Shown here: positions 10,560 through 20,861 of the stretch, in pieces
How positions within the stretch are numbered: position 1 is the first letter of the stretch
Layout: the number at the start of each line of letters is the position of its first letter
Assembly (NCBI GenBank): GCA_963763745.1
Contig: CAVXQJ010000016.1
Location: forward strand, 577,029-607,100
Direction of reading: 5' to 3'
Origin: an uncultured delta proteobacterium
GTDB lineage: Bacteria > Myxococcota_A > Polyangia > Polyangiales > Polyangiaceae
DNA length: 30,072 nt
Program-made: the position numbers and the translations under genes
Notes under the pieces: model-generated
Database searches by the model: none
Seen by the model: the letters and a program-made list of their open reading frames with translations, nothing else
What the model was told of the DNA's origin: nothing

Positions 10560-10978
10560 TGGCACCCCGCGCCCGTGCACGAGCAGCCCGCCCCCGTGCA
10601 CGTGTCGTTGCACGTCCCGTCGCACTGAAACGAGCAACCGCCTCCGCTGCAAGACACGTTGCACACGGCGCCCGCCGCACATTCGACCGAGCAGCCGCCT
10701 TGGTCGCAAGAGAGGTTGCACGTCGAGCCGGCCGGGCACTTGTAGTCGCATCCGCCGCCCGCGCACGATCCGTTGCACACGTCGCCCGACGAGCAGGCCA
10801 AGCTGCACCCGCCCGACGCGCACGTTCCGTTGCAGATGTCGCCCCCGCACGTGTAGCCAACGGGCGCTTGCGCGTCGCCTGGCGGCGGTTTGTTTTCGCC
10901 GCCCACGCTCCAGTCGTAGAGACACGAGACGAGCAGCGCGCTCGTCACACTCGCTACGATCGCTTGCCTCGCGCGCAC
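10556..10978 (-). CDS. Small lipoprotein with tandem 19-aa Cys repeats (C-x3-C-x4-C-x3-C-x5)
   Basis: GTG start at 10978 with an AGGAG Shine-Dalgarno 7 nt upstream. Signal peptide plus lipobox LVSC. About four repeats of CN[GLV][ST]C-xxGGC-xxxC-xxGxx; 20 Cys in ~95 mature residues. Confidence 0.7.
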   Translation of the reverse strand: MRARQAIVASVTSALLVSCLYDWSVGGENKPPPGDAQAPVGYTCGGDICNGTCASGGCSLACSSGDVCNGSCAGGGCDYKCPAGSTCNLSCDQGGCSVECAAGAVCNVSCSGGGCSFQCDGTCNDTCTGAGCSCTGAGCH

Positions 10979-10982
10979 TCGC

Positions 10983-11633
10983 TCACTCCTTCGACAGCGT
11001 GAACGAACCCTGCTCGGGCGAAGAGCCGTTCGTGTGCCTGTAGTTCATGCCGTTTCCCTGCACGCAGAAAGCGTACTCGTTTCCGTCGCCCGTGACGATC
11101 GTGTCGCCTTGCACCGTGTAGGTCGTCGAGCCTTCGTCGCTGAGCGTGGTGGTCACGTCGCACTTGCATCCACTGCTCCCGTCGTCCGCACACGACGCGG
11201 TCGTGGTGCCCGCGGCCATGTCGCTCTGCACCGCGGCGCATCCGCCGGCGGGCACGGAGCACGAAGCGGGGACGTCGAGCGTCGCTTTTCCCGTCACCGT
11301 GTATGCGCGCGAGACGTTGCCTCCTGCGAACGCGACCTGCGCGGTGACGGTCGCCGACGTGTTCGTGATCGACGCCCCGGGACACGCGCTCGTCAAGCCG
11401 GAGAGATCGAGCTCGGCGCAACCGCCCGTGTAGCTCCATGTGCCTTCCACCGCGCCGCCGCACGAGGTCGTGCTCGGACACGACGCTTCGATGCTCACTT
11501 GCGCCGGCTGCGGGGCGCTCGCCTGTGAGTCGCCCGCCTTGCCTGCGTCGCCTTGGCTCGCGGGAGCGGAGCTGCACGCGAAGAGCCCGAACGTGAAGAG
11601 AATCGAGAGTGCCCGAAACGATGAGTGGCGCAT
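10983..11633 (-). CDS. Secreted lipoprotein, Ser/Thr/Gly-rich with 10 Cys, unknown function
   Basis: ATG at 11633 preceded by GGAGG (9-nt spacing). Signal peptide MRHSSFRALSILFTFGLFAC with lipobox LFAC. The stop lies 4 nt before the next gene's GTG. Confidence 0.65.
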   Translation of the reverse strand: MRHSSFRALSILFTFGLFACSSAPASQGDAGKAGDSQASAPQPAQVSIEASCPSTTSCGGAVEGTWSYTGGCAELDLSGLTSACPGASITNTSATVTAQVAFAGGNVSRAYTVTGKATLDVPASCSVPAGGCAAVQSDMAAGTTTASCADDGSSGCKCDVTTTLSDEGSTTYTVQGDTIVTGDGNEYAFCVQGNGMNYRHTNGSSPEQGSFTLSKE

Positions 11634-11705
11634 GGGATGGAACCTCCACACGCTTCCTCTTCAAGTCGCGTTCCACACGAAACATGTTGAAAATAGGCGT
11701 TTGCG

Positions 11706-11765
11706 TGCGTCACGCGTGACCGCTTTCGGCGACCCCGCGCGAGGTGCATGCGTCACGGGTGACGC
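11706..11765. promoter_or_regulatory. Two 16-bp palindromes GCGTCAC-NN-GTGACGC (11706-11721, 11750-11765) in divergent intergenic region; candidate operator / enhancer sites
   Basis: The palindromes are near-perfect and perfect inverted repeats, centres 44 bp apart. A weaker third half-site pair lies at 11785-11797 (ATGACGCGTGTC). Both 16-mers are conserved exactly in the right-arm copy (16123-16138, 16162-16177) although the surrounding sequence has diverged. Confidence 0.4.
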
Positions 11766-11816
11766 ACCGCTGGTATCGTGAGCGCATGACGCGTGTCTCG
11801 TTCTGTTCCGTATTCG

Positions 11817-11832
11817 CGGCACGCCGTTCGCC
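11817..11832 (+). promoter_or_regulatory. Candidate sigma54 (-24/-12) promoter cGGCACGccgtTcGCc upstream of the Nudix gene
   Basis: Matches TGGCACG-N4-TTGC at GGCACG and the T-GC positions, with correct GG-N10-GC spacing. It lies 37 bp before the ATG at 11869 and 55-110 bp downstream of the tandem palindromes. The match is weak. Confidence 0.2.
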
Positions 11833-11868
11833 ACGCTCGAATATCCGCGCACGTGCGCGAGCTGCAAG

Positions 11869-12331
11869 ATGCAGACATGGGCGAATCCGATTCCCGTGTC
11901 GGTCGTGTTGTTGCCCGTGCGACACCGCGCGCGCGAAGGTTTGCTCGTCGTGCGACGCGGCATCGAGCGGGTCTCGGGGAGCTCGCGATCGTCGGAGGAT
12001 TCCTCGAGGAGCACGAGACGTGGGCGGAGGGCGGGGCGCGCGAGCTTCGCGAGGAGACTTCGGTCGTCGTCGACGCGAAGACGCTCGAGCCGTTCTGGTT
12101 CACGTCGACCGGCCGAAGCCGAATCGCGTTCTCTTGTTCTCGCTCGCGCCGCCTGTCGATTCGAGCGGGCTCGCGCCGCTCGCCCCGAACCACGAGACGC
12201 TCGCGCGCGGTCTCGTGTTCGGTCCGCGCGGTCTCGACGACGTCTTCGCGTTTCCTCTGCACGCAGAGGCCGCGCGGAGATTCTTCGCGTCGCGCAACGC
12301 ATCGGGGGAACATGACTTCGCCGAAATATGA
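11869..12331 (+). pseudogene. Nudix hydrolase interrupted by two 1-nt deletions (near 11968-11970 and 12098-12110)
   Basis: The N-terminus NPIPVSVVLLPV...GLLVVRRGIE reads in frame 1. The Nudix box GGFLEEHETWAEGGARELREETSV reads in frame 2. The C-terminus NRVLLFSLAPPVD...FFASR reads in frame 3. The right-arm copy reads RRGIEPGLE straight through the first break. Confidence 0.6.
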
Positions 12332-12932
12332 TCTCCTCGCGGCGTGGCACGCGCGCGCCGATGTCTTGCTCGACGAAGCGCTCGCGCTCCTCGTCGATCA
12401 CGAGGAGTTGCCTTTTGCGGACGGCGAGTGGGTGCGTCAGCTCGCGCGATTTCGATTCTCCGCGCAGCACGTCGCGCCGGTCGTCGCGCTCATCCGCAAA
12501 CGCGATCCGTTCCTGTGCGAGGCGGGTATCGTGCTCGCGGCATCGCTGCTCGAGCGGAATCGCGACGCGGCGGCGGAAGTGGACGCAGCCGTCGCATCCG
12601 TGTTCGAGGCGCCGCCCGTCAATCCGTGGATCCTCGAAGCAATCGCGTCGCTCGCATCGCGCCACGCGGAGCTCGCGCGGTTCCCGCTCACGTATCGCCG
12701 GCTCGTCGTCGAGCTCGAGGCGCGCCCATCGATCGCGATGGAGCCGCAGCGCATCATGCGCAATCGCGCGATCGCTCCGCATCGCAGGTTCATCGGAATG
12801 TTCGAGCACCACATCCTCAGCGCGCAAACGCAGACGGAGCGCGAGCGTCTCGTCCTTCCGCTCGTCGAAGCTGCGCTCGGCACGCGCGGATTCGAAGCGA
12901 CGCGCGACGCGCTCGCTCGACGCTTCGGATGA
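12312..12932 (+). CDS. Hypothetical protein (~206 aa, alpha-helical, no recognisable motifs)
   Basis: Intact ORF from ATG 12312 to TGA 12930-12932 with coding-like composition. It overlaps the Nudix 3' end by 20 bp. Confidence 0.5.
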   Translation: MTSPKYDLLAAWHARADVLLDEALALLVDHEELPFADGEWVRQLARFRFSAQHVAPVVALIRKRDPFLCEAGIVLAASLLERNRDAAAEVDAAVASVFEAPPVNPWILEAIASLASRHAELARFPLTYRRLVVELEARPSIAMEPQRIMRNRAIAPHRRFIGMFEHHILSAQTQTERERLVLPLVEAALGTRGFEATRDALARRFG

Positions 12933-12965
12933 TGGCCATCGGCGCCGGAGGCGCCAGAGCATGTG

Positions 12966-13910
12966 ACTAATGAACCGGTGGCAGCGAGATCTTGAACACG
13001 TCCCACGCAGGGCGTGTGGTTGTTCTCCGGCCGCGGGTTGGTTCCCACAGGTAGAGCGCGGCATACGTCGTGCACGGTTCCGTTCGCGACGACGACGGGC
13101 GTCACGTAGAGCTGTGGGTTTCCCGCTTCGTCCCGCACCGAGCTGAAGACGACCCAGTAGAACGTGCGGCTGCCGCTCGCGGGCGACGCTTGCGGCGCCC
13201 ACTTCGGCCAGCTGTTCGTCACGCCCGGGAGATTTTTTCCCGGTGCACGCGGGCGGATCGTTCGCGGCGAGTCGCGTCGCCGTTCCGCCGCTCGCGGGAA
13301 TGGACGAACACCTCCGCTTGCGGCTGGTTGTACATGTTCAAGTTGTGCCGATGCGATCGAACGCGAGGAGCTCATGGTCGGGCGAGTACGCCGGGGTAGT
13401 ACTCTTCGTAGTTCGCGTCGGGACGCGCCGGAGATCGGCGTCGCCGTGCCGCCCGCGCGGTTCGCGTACGGGATCGAATAGAGATCGGCCGAGCCGTTGT
13501 CGAGGCGACCGGTGACGACCGCCGTCGTCGAGCACGTAGACGATCGTGTTGCCGTGGTCACTACACGCGGCGCCGCGCCTTTGCGCGTGTCGCCGGTGCG
13601 CAGAAACGTGCCCGTCGCGGTGCCGTTCGCGACGCCGAGGAATCGACCCCAGCTCGAAATCGGAGTCGTTGAACGTCGTCACGACGACGTAGTCGTTCTG
13701 CGGCCCAATGCGCGGGCGGACGTCACGCTAATCCCGCGCGGCGCGTGCTCGACGCCGCTTTGCCCGCCGCGCCAGAGAAACGGCGGAACTTGTCCGACGG
13801 TGTTCTGCTCGATCGAGGCGATCGCGTTGTTCCAGCCGTTCGAAGTGCTGAGCTCCGCGTAGAGGCCATCGGCATGCGAGCATGCTGGCAGCCGATGCAC
13901 GATGCGCCGA
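12966..13910 (-). pseudogene. Fragment of a PD40/TolB-like beta-propeller protein, multiply frameshifted and truncated at the palindrome centre
   Basis: Protein-like segments sit in three minus-strand frames: ...PAYSPDHELLAFDRIGTT...; DLYSIPYANRAGGTATPI; LPGVTNSWPKWAPQASPASGSRTFYWVVFSSVRDEAGNPQLYVTPVVVANGTVHD. The frame runs across the centre as GAIVYWTTEGRIFAQ. Confidence 0.4.
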
Positions 13911-14019
13911 ACTCCTGCACTTGCGACGGCACGAGCACCGGCACGACGCTTATTCGTCGCCAAAATGGGCAAATCCCTTGAGCGAAGATCCGCCCTTCAG
14001 TCGTCCAGTAGACGATCGC
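13911..14019. other. Unique ~110-bp centre (spacer) of the palindrome
   Basis: Flanked by 13890-13910 (CCGATGCACGATGCGCCG) and its reverse complement at 14020-14045. The spacer itself is not self-complementary. Confidence 0.6.
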
Positions 14020-14029
14020 GCCGGGCGCA

Positions 14030-14910
14030 TCGTGCATCGGCTGCCACACGTCGACGCCCGATGGCCTCTACGCGGAGCTCAGCACTTCGAACGGCTGGAA
14101 CAACGCAATCGCCTCGGAATCGAGCAGAACACCGTCGGACAAGTTCCGCCGTTTCTCGGCGCGGCGGGCAAAGCGGCGCTCGAGCACACGCGCCAGCGCA
14201 GGGAGGTCGCGTGAGACCCCGCGTCGCCCTGGCCGCGAACAACTGCATCGTCGTGCAGCGACGTTCCAACGACTCCGATTTGAGCTGGGTCAATCTCGGC
14301 GTCGCGAACAGCACGCGGAGCCTGCGCACCGGCGACACGCGCAAAGGCGCGGCGCCGACGTGGAGCCACAACAGCAACACAAATGCGTACGTCTGCCGAC
14401 GACGGCGGTCGTGGCCGGGTCCGCTCGACAACGGCTCGGCCAAAGAATGTCTATTGGAAAAGTGCGTACGCGAACCGCGCGGCAGCACGGCGACGCCGAG
14501 ATCTCCACGCGCGTCCGACGCGAAGCCAAAGAGCCGCGGTCTCGCCCGACAATCAGCTGGTCAGCATTCGAATCGCATCGGCAAACGACTGAACATGTAC
14601 AACCAGCCGCAAGCGGAGGTGTTCGCAGTCTGCAATTTCCGCGAGAGCGGCGGAACGGCGACACGACTGGCCGACGAAGATCCGCCCGCGTGCGCCCGGG
14701 AAAAATCTCCGGGCGTGACGAACAGCTGGGCCGAAGTGGGCGCCGCAAGCGTGCCACCCGCCGCGGCAGCCGCACGTTACCTACTGGTCGTCTTTCAGCT
14801 CGGTGAGGCTACACGTGACACCCGGGTCATTGCCGGTCCGCGAACGGAACCGTATCGCGCTACTGTGGAACTAACCCGCGGCGGAGGACAAAAACCACAC
14901 ACCACGTAGG
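14030..14910 (+). pseudogene. Decayed copy of the PD40-like fragment
   Basis: Contains SGGTATRLADEDPPACAREKSPGVTNSW matching the left-arm GGTATPI...LPGVTNSWPKW. The 3' end is diverged. Confidence 0.35.
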
Positions 14911-14949
14911 ACGTGTTAGAATCCCACAGCCACCAGTTGGTGACCCCAC

Positions 14950-15560
14950 ATGTATCACACGCTCCAGCACCGGAGTGGGCCATGTCCGAAGCGTCGAGCA
15001 AGCGCGTCCGCGCGTCCGCTTGCGATCCACACATCCGAGGCGCCACTTCGACAAGCAGGAAGGACGAGGAGACGCTCGCGCTCCGTCTGCGTTTGCGCGC
15101 TGAGGATGGTGCTCGAAGATCTCAAATAAACATGCGATGCGGAGCAATCGCGCGATTGCGCATGATGCGCGCTCGGCTCCATCGCAATCGATAGGGCACC
15201 CTCAACTCGACGACGAGCCACAAAATTCGCCGGCAAGCTTCCGCGGTGAGATGCGACAACGCGAATGTCTTCAAGAGGATCCACGAAAATAGACAGGCAG
15301 CGCCCGTCGAACACGGATGCGACGGCTGCGTCCCAGTCTCCACCGCCTCCGCAGCGATGCCGCGAGCACGATCCCCACCGCCGGCGTCGCGGTAAGCCGG
15401 AGACGACCAGGGGTGAGCTGCGCGGAGAATGGAAAGGACATCGCGAGGCTGACATTGCACCACATACAAAGGCAACTCCTCGTGAGAATGGAGCAAGAGA
15501 GGCAAGCGCCTCTTCGTCGAGCAAGACATCAGCACGCGCCGTTTGCCACGCCGCGAGGAG
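14950..15560 (-). pseudogene. Decayed copy of hypothetical protein 12312-12932
   Basis: ORF 14955..15767 has VDLLAAWQTARADVLLDEEALASL and ...ILSAQTQTERERL matching the left-arm protein. It reads continuously from the Nudix C-terminal copy. Confidence 0.4.
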
Positions 15561-16010
15561 ATCGACCATTCGGGCGAAGTTCCCCGATGCGTTGCGCGAC
15601 GCGAAGAATCTCCAGCGGCCTCTGCACCGTGCAGAGGGAAACGCGAAGGACACATCGAGAGAACCGCGCGGACCGAACACGAGACCGCGCGCGACACTCT
15701 CGTGAGTTTCAGGGCGAGCAGCGCGGGGCCGGCTCCGAAATCGACAGGCGGCGCGAGCGAGAAGCAACGCGATTCGGCTTCGGCGCGGTCAACATGAACC
15801 AGAAGCACGGCTCGAGCGTCTTCGCGTCGACGACGACCGATCCGCGAAGCTCGCGCGCCCGCCGCCACGTCTCGTGCTCCTCGAGGAATCCTCCGACGAT
15901 GGCAAGCTTCGAGACCCGGCTCGATGCCGCGTCGGCGCGCGACAAGCAAACCTTCCGCGCGCCGTGTGCGCACGGGCAACAAGACAACCGACGCGGGAAT
16001 CGGATTCGCA
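15540..16010 (-). pseudogene. Decayed copy of Nudix hydrolase
   Basis: NPIPASVVLLPVRTRRAEGLLVARRRGIEPGLE in ORF 15122..16036 and KLAIVGGFLEEHETW...VVVDAKTLEP in ORF 15709..16074, in different frames. Confidence 0.45.
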
Positions 16011-16122
16011 TGTCTGCATCTTGCAGCTCGCGACACGTGCGCGGATACTCAAGCGTGGCGAACAGCATGCGCAAATCGAACAGAACGAGTCACGCGTCCA
16101 TGCGCTCGCGATTGCCGGCGGT

Positions 16123-16177
16123 GCGTCACCCGTGACGCATGCACGCAGGGGTCGCCGAAAGCGGTCACGCGTGACGC
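16123..16177. promoter_or_regulatory. Mirror copy of the two 16-bp palindromic sites, each conserved exactly
   Basis: GCGTCACCCGTGACGC at 16123-16138 and CGGTCACGCGTGACGC at 16162-16177 are exact reverse complements of 11750-11765 and 11706-11721. The spacing between them is 5 bp shorter than in the left arm. Confidence 0.35.
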
Positions 16178-16229
16178 ACGCGAACGCGACTTGGAAGAAG
16201 AAAAGTGTGGTAAGTTGCCGCATCCAGTG

Positions 16230-16835
16230 CGCCACTGGCAATTTTTTCGGGGCCGTTTGTCGATTCTCTTCACGCAGCTTCGCGTGCAGCTCCGCGAGCC
16301 AAGGCGAGACGCGGGCAAGGCGGGCAACTCACAGGCGAGCACCGCACAGCCCGCGCAAGTGAGGCAGTTGGAACCGTCGTGTCGACGGCGGCGCGGTGGG
16401 AAGGCGCATGGAAGGTACACGGGCGGTTGCGCCGAGCTCAAAATCTCTGCAAGCGCGCGTGTTCTGGCGGAGGAACCCGGCGACCCGTCACCGCGCAGTT
16501 CGCAGGAGCATTTCTCGCGCGCATTGGTACGCAGTTGTGACGGGAAGGCGAACACTGCAACATCCCCCTGCCCGCCGGATGTCGGTGCAGAGCGACATGG
16601 CCGCGCACGCGACCACCGTCGTGTGCGGACGACGGGAGCAGTGGATGCAAGTGCGAACGTGACCACCACGGCTCGCGACGGAAGGCTCGACAACCTACAC
16701 GGTGCAAGGCGATTTTAGCGGGCAAAATTAGGAAAACGAGTAGCTCTCGTGCAGGGGAAACGGCATGAACTACAGGCACACGAACGGCTCTTTGCGCACC
16801 GAGGGCCGGTTCGTTCACGCTGTGCGAAGGATGAC
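16230..16835 (+). pseudogene. Decayed copy of lipoprotein 10983-11633
   Basis: The fragment VQSDMAAHATTVVCGR in ORF 16396..16662 matches AAVQSDMAAGTTTASCADD. The reading frame is broken. Confidence 0.4.
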
Positions 16836-16837
16836 AA

Positions 16838-17270
16838 GTGCGCGCGAGGGCGGAAAGCAAAATGCGTAGCAAGAGTGTCAGACGGAGCAGGCGGTTGCTG
16901 GTCTCGTGTCTCTACGACTGGGAGAGGCGTGGGCACGAAGAAAACAAAATGCACGCCAGGCGAAGCGCAAGCGCCCGTTGCTGGCCATGTGCGGGGGCGA
17001 CATCTGCAACGGACGGCACAGTCGGGCGGGTGCAGCTTGGCCTGCTCGTCGGGGCGACATGTGCAACAGGAAGTGTGCGCGGGCGGCGGGATGCGAACTA
17101 CAGTGCCCCACCACTCAAAGCCTCCGCTTGCAACCTCTCTTGCCGACCAAGGCGGTACTCAGTGCGAATGTGCGGCGGGCACCATGTGCAACGTGTCTTG
17201 CAGCGGAAGACGGAATGCAACAACACATACAGGGCACTTCCGTGCACGGGGCGGCAGATCGTAGTTGACG
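16838..17270 (+). pseudogene. Decayed copy of the Cys-repeat lipoprotein
   Basis: MRAR...LLVSCLYDW signal/lipobox at 16838. GGDICNG..., SGGCSLACSSG and GGTQCECAAGTMCNVSCSG are scattered over three frames. Confidence 0.5.
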
Positions 17271-17289
17271 CACACAACCCTGGGCATGC

Positions 17290-18207
17290 GCCAGGTCGCG
17301 ATGGCGCTGGCGCACGCGGGCCCACGCCAACAAACAAGGGATCCACCGCCTCGACACACGCACAGCATACGACGAGGCTAGCGCGAATACGCGCGGCGGA
17401 GCTCAGCCAGCCGCATCCTACGCGCGCGCGGACGCGATCGCGCCGAGCCCGTGGCGCTTACAAGCAGCACTAGACACGTGCGCGAAGGCCGACGACGCGG
17501 TGTGCGCGCGGGAGAGCGCGATCGGCGAAACGGGTTCGAGCATCCGTACGCGCCGCGGGAGGGAAGGCTCCGCGCATCGCGCGGGGCCACGGTGAGGGAA
17601 AGCAGCGTGTCCGCGGCGGTGCAGGCGACGATGACACTCAACATGCGGACGCGCGCGCGCTCGGGTAGGCATCCGAATCACGTTTTCAATCGATGGCCGA
17701 AAGCGAGGCGCGCGCGCCGTGAGCGCTCCAGCAGGCGGACGCGGAGGTCGCGATCAAGCCATCGCCGCCGCCGCAAACACCACCGACAAATCTACACGCA
17801 AACCGACGCAGCGTGACGCCGCCACCGCCGCTCGTGAGGAGCGAAGTCGGCGCCCAGCGAGCGACCCATCCGCCTGTGCGCGCGCGCGCGAAGTCCGGGC
17901 CACCTCGGCGCGACGGGTGGGGCGCTCGGCACGGCAAGGCGATACCTGCTCGCCGAGTGACATCAACACACCGTTAGGTTCACTCTGGCGGGATCCGTGC
18001 GCAGCAGTTTGAACGACGGCCTCGTGCAACTCGCTCGCGAGCTCGGCGCGACGATGGCCACGGGCGAAGTTGTCGGCGGTTCTCAAGGAATCGCAGCGGC
18101 CATGTCGACGATGGGTCCGCACGGATTCTGCCGCGCGATGGCACGCGACAGGTCGAGGTGGCCCGGGCACCGTGGCGCTGCAAACATTTTGGAGAATGTC
18201 CTTCTAA
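17290..18207 (+). pseudogene. Decayed copy of membrane protein 9606-10559
   Basis: 17431-17520 encodes ADAIAPSPWRLQAALDTCAKADDAV. ORF 17997..18212 has ATMATGEVVGGSQGIAAAMST matching ATMATGDALLGVSIAAAV. Confidence 0.45.
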
Positions 18208-18221
18208 CGTAGTGTTCTGGG

Positions 18222-19490
18222 ATGGCGACGGAGCGGCGAAAGCGACGCCCCAGCTACGACATCTTGTCGAGCTCAGCATCAGGCAGGGATGGCCACCGTT
18301 TCTGCGCGCGCGCGGCTCGATGGGCCAGGAAGTGGGAAAAAAAACCCCAGATCCCGCACCTGCTCGATAATCCCACCGCAAGGGACTCGTGGCGGAGCTA
18401 CGGCTCACATCGCTCCATTCATCACGTGAACGTCGTGGACGGTGCATGTACGTCAGCATCCAGCAAAGGCGGCGCGAAGAAATCCAGCTCGTGATGCGAC
18501 TACATCGAGGGCGCGTCGCTCGGCGAGCTGCTCCGTGCTCCGCCAGCAAGGCGAAGCGAAGGTGCCCGGCGCGTTGGTGGAACCTCACATCTTGCTCAAA
18601 AGATTCCACGTGCAAGCTGAGGCAACAGCCACCGCGCGGCATGCTCAAAGGCAAGCTCGCCGTTACATGTCGGCCCGAGTTTGAGGGCACCACATCAATC
18701 ACCGCGTCGACGTCTTCGCGCTCGCGTCGTCGGTTGGGAGGCGCTCGCAGATGGGGTTCTTCGCGGGGCGAGCGAGGTCGAGGAGCGGCACAGCGGATGC
18801 CGCGCGAGGCGCTGCGCGTCCGCGCAGCACCGACGACGTGTTCGTGACGGCGCTCGACAATGCGGAGCAACGCTTACGACGACGCGCGCGTTCGCAGCGG
18901 CGCTCGAGTCCGTGCGCGGCGCGCGCGGGGGCTCTGCACGTCGGCACGCGGAATACGAGGGAATCCATCCCCAAACGCGTGGCGCAGGCTCAAAGGCGCG
19001 CCGCGCAGGTGCGCGAGCGGCTCGCGTGGTTGGAGCCGGATTTTTAACTTGATGGGCGCGGAGCCACCAACTATCCGAGTCAAGCATGCCAGTCGAGCGC
19101 CGCCGCGCCGGCCGCGGTGGCGACGACGGGACGCACAAAGTCGCCGGTCTAATACCCGAACGTCGCCGCGCCCGCCGCGCGCCGCGGTTTATGGAAGCGC
19201 AAGTTCGGACGCGCTCGCGCCGGCGGATCCCCGTCGCGCGCGCGACTGCTCACGGTGGTCGTCGTCGTCGCGGGCATCGCGCTCCTCCACGAGTGCGAGC
19301 GCGGTCGTGTTCCAGCAACGCACCGTGAGGGGTCCCCGCGTCGGCAGAGAGCCACTTCGTGAATCACCAACCACAGCAATCGCATCACTCACGTTCACGG
19401 CGCACGCAGATGGCGGCGCAACAGGCCTCGATGACGACGCGAGACCGCGAGCTCGACGGGCGCGCGCATCCGCCGAATCCTTATCTTTAA
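18222..19490 (+). pseudogene. Decayed copy of Ser/Thr kinase 8072-9591
   Basis: MATERRK start at 18222. Kinase fragments in several frames. ~250 bp are missing, mostly from the low-complexity tail. It ends ...PNPYL-TAA at 19488-19490. Confidence 0.5.
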
Positions 19491-19505
19491 AGTATGATCG
19501 AGCCG

Positions 19506-20855
<1,350 letters not shown>

Positions 20856-20861
20856 ACGATG

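Noticed and set aside
11771-11786. Second sigma54-like element TGGtatcgtgagcGCa
   Set aside because: It has correct GG-N10-GC spacing but almost no match to the remaining consensus. It is weaker than 11817-11832, which is itself only tentative.
13723-14049. ORF spanning the palindrome centre (MWQPMHDAPGAIVYWTTEGRIF...)
   Set aside because: Its first codons are the mirror image of left-arm sequence (13890-13910). It is a read-through of the truncated PD40-like frame into the inverted copy, not an independent gene.
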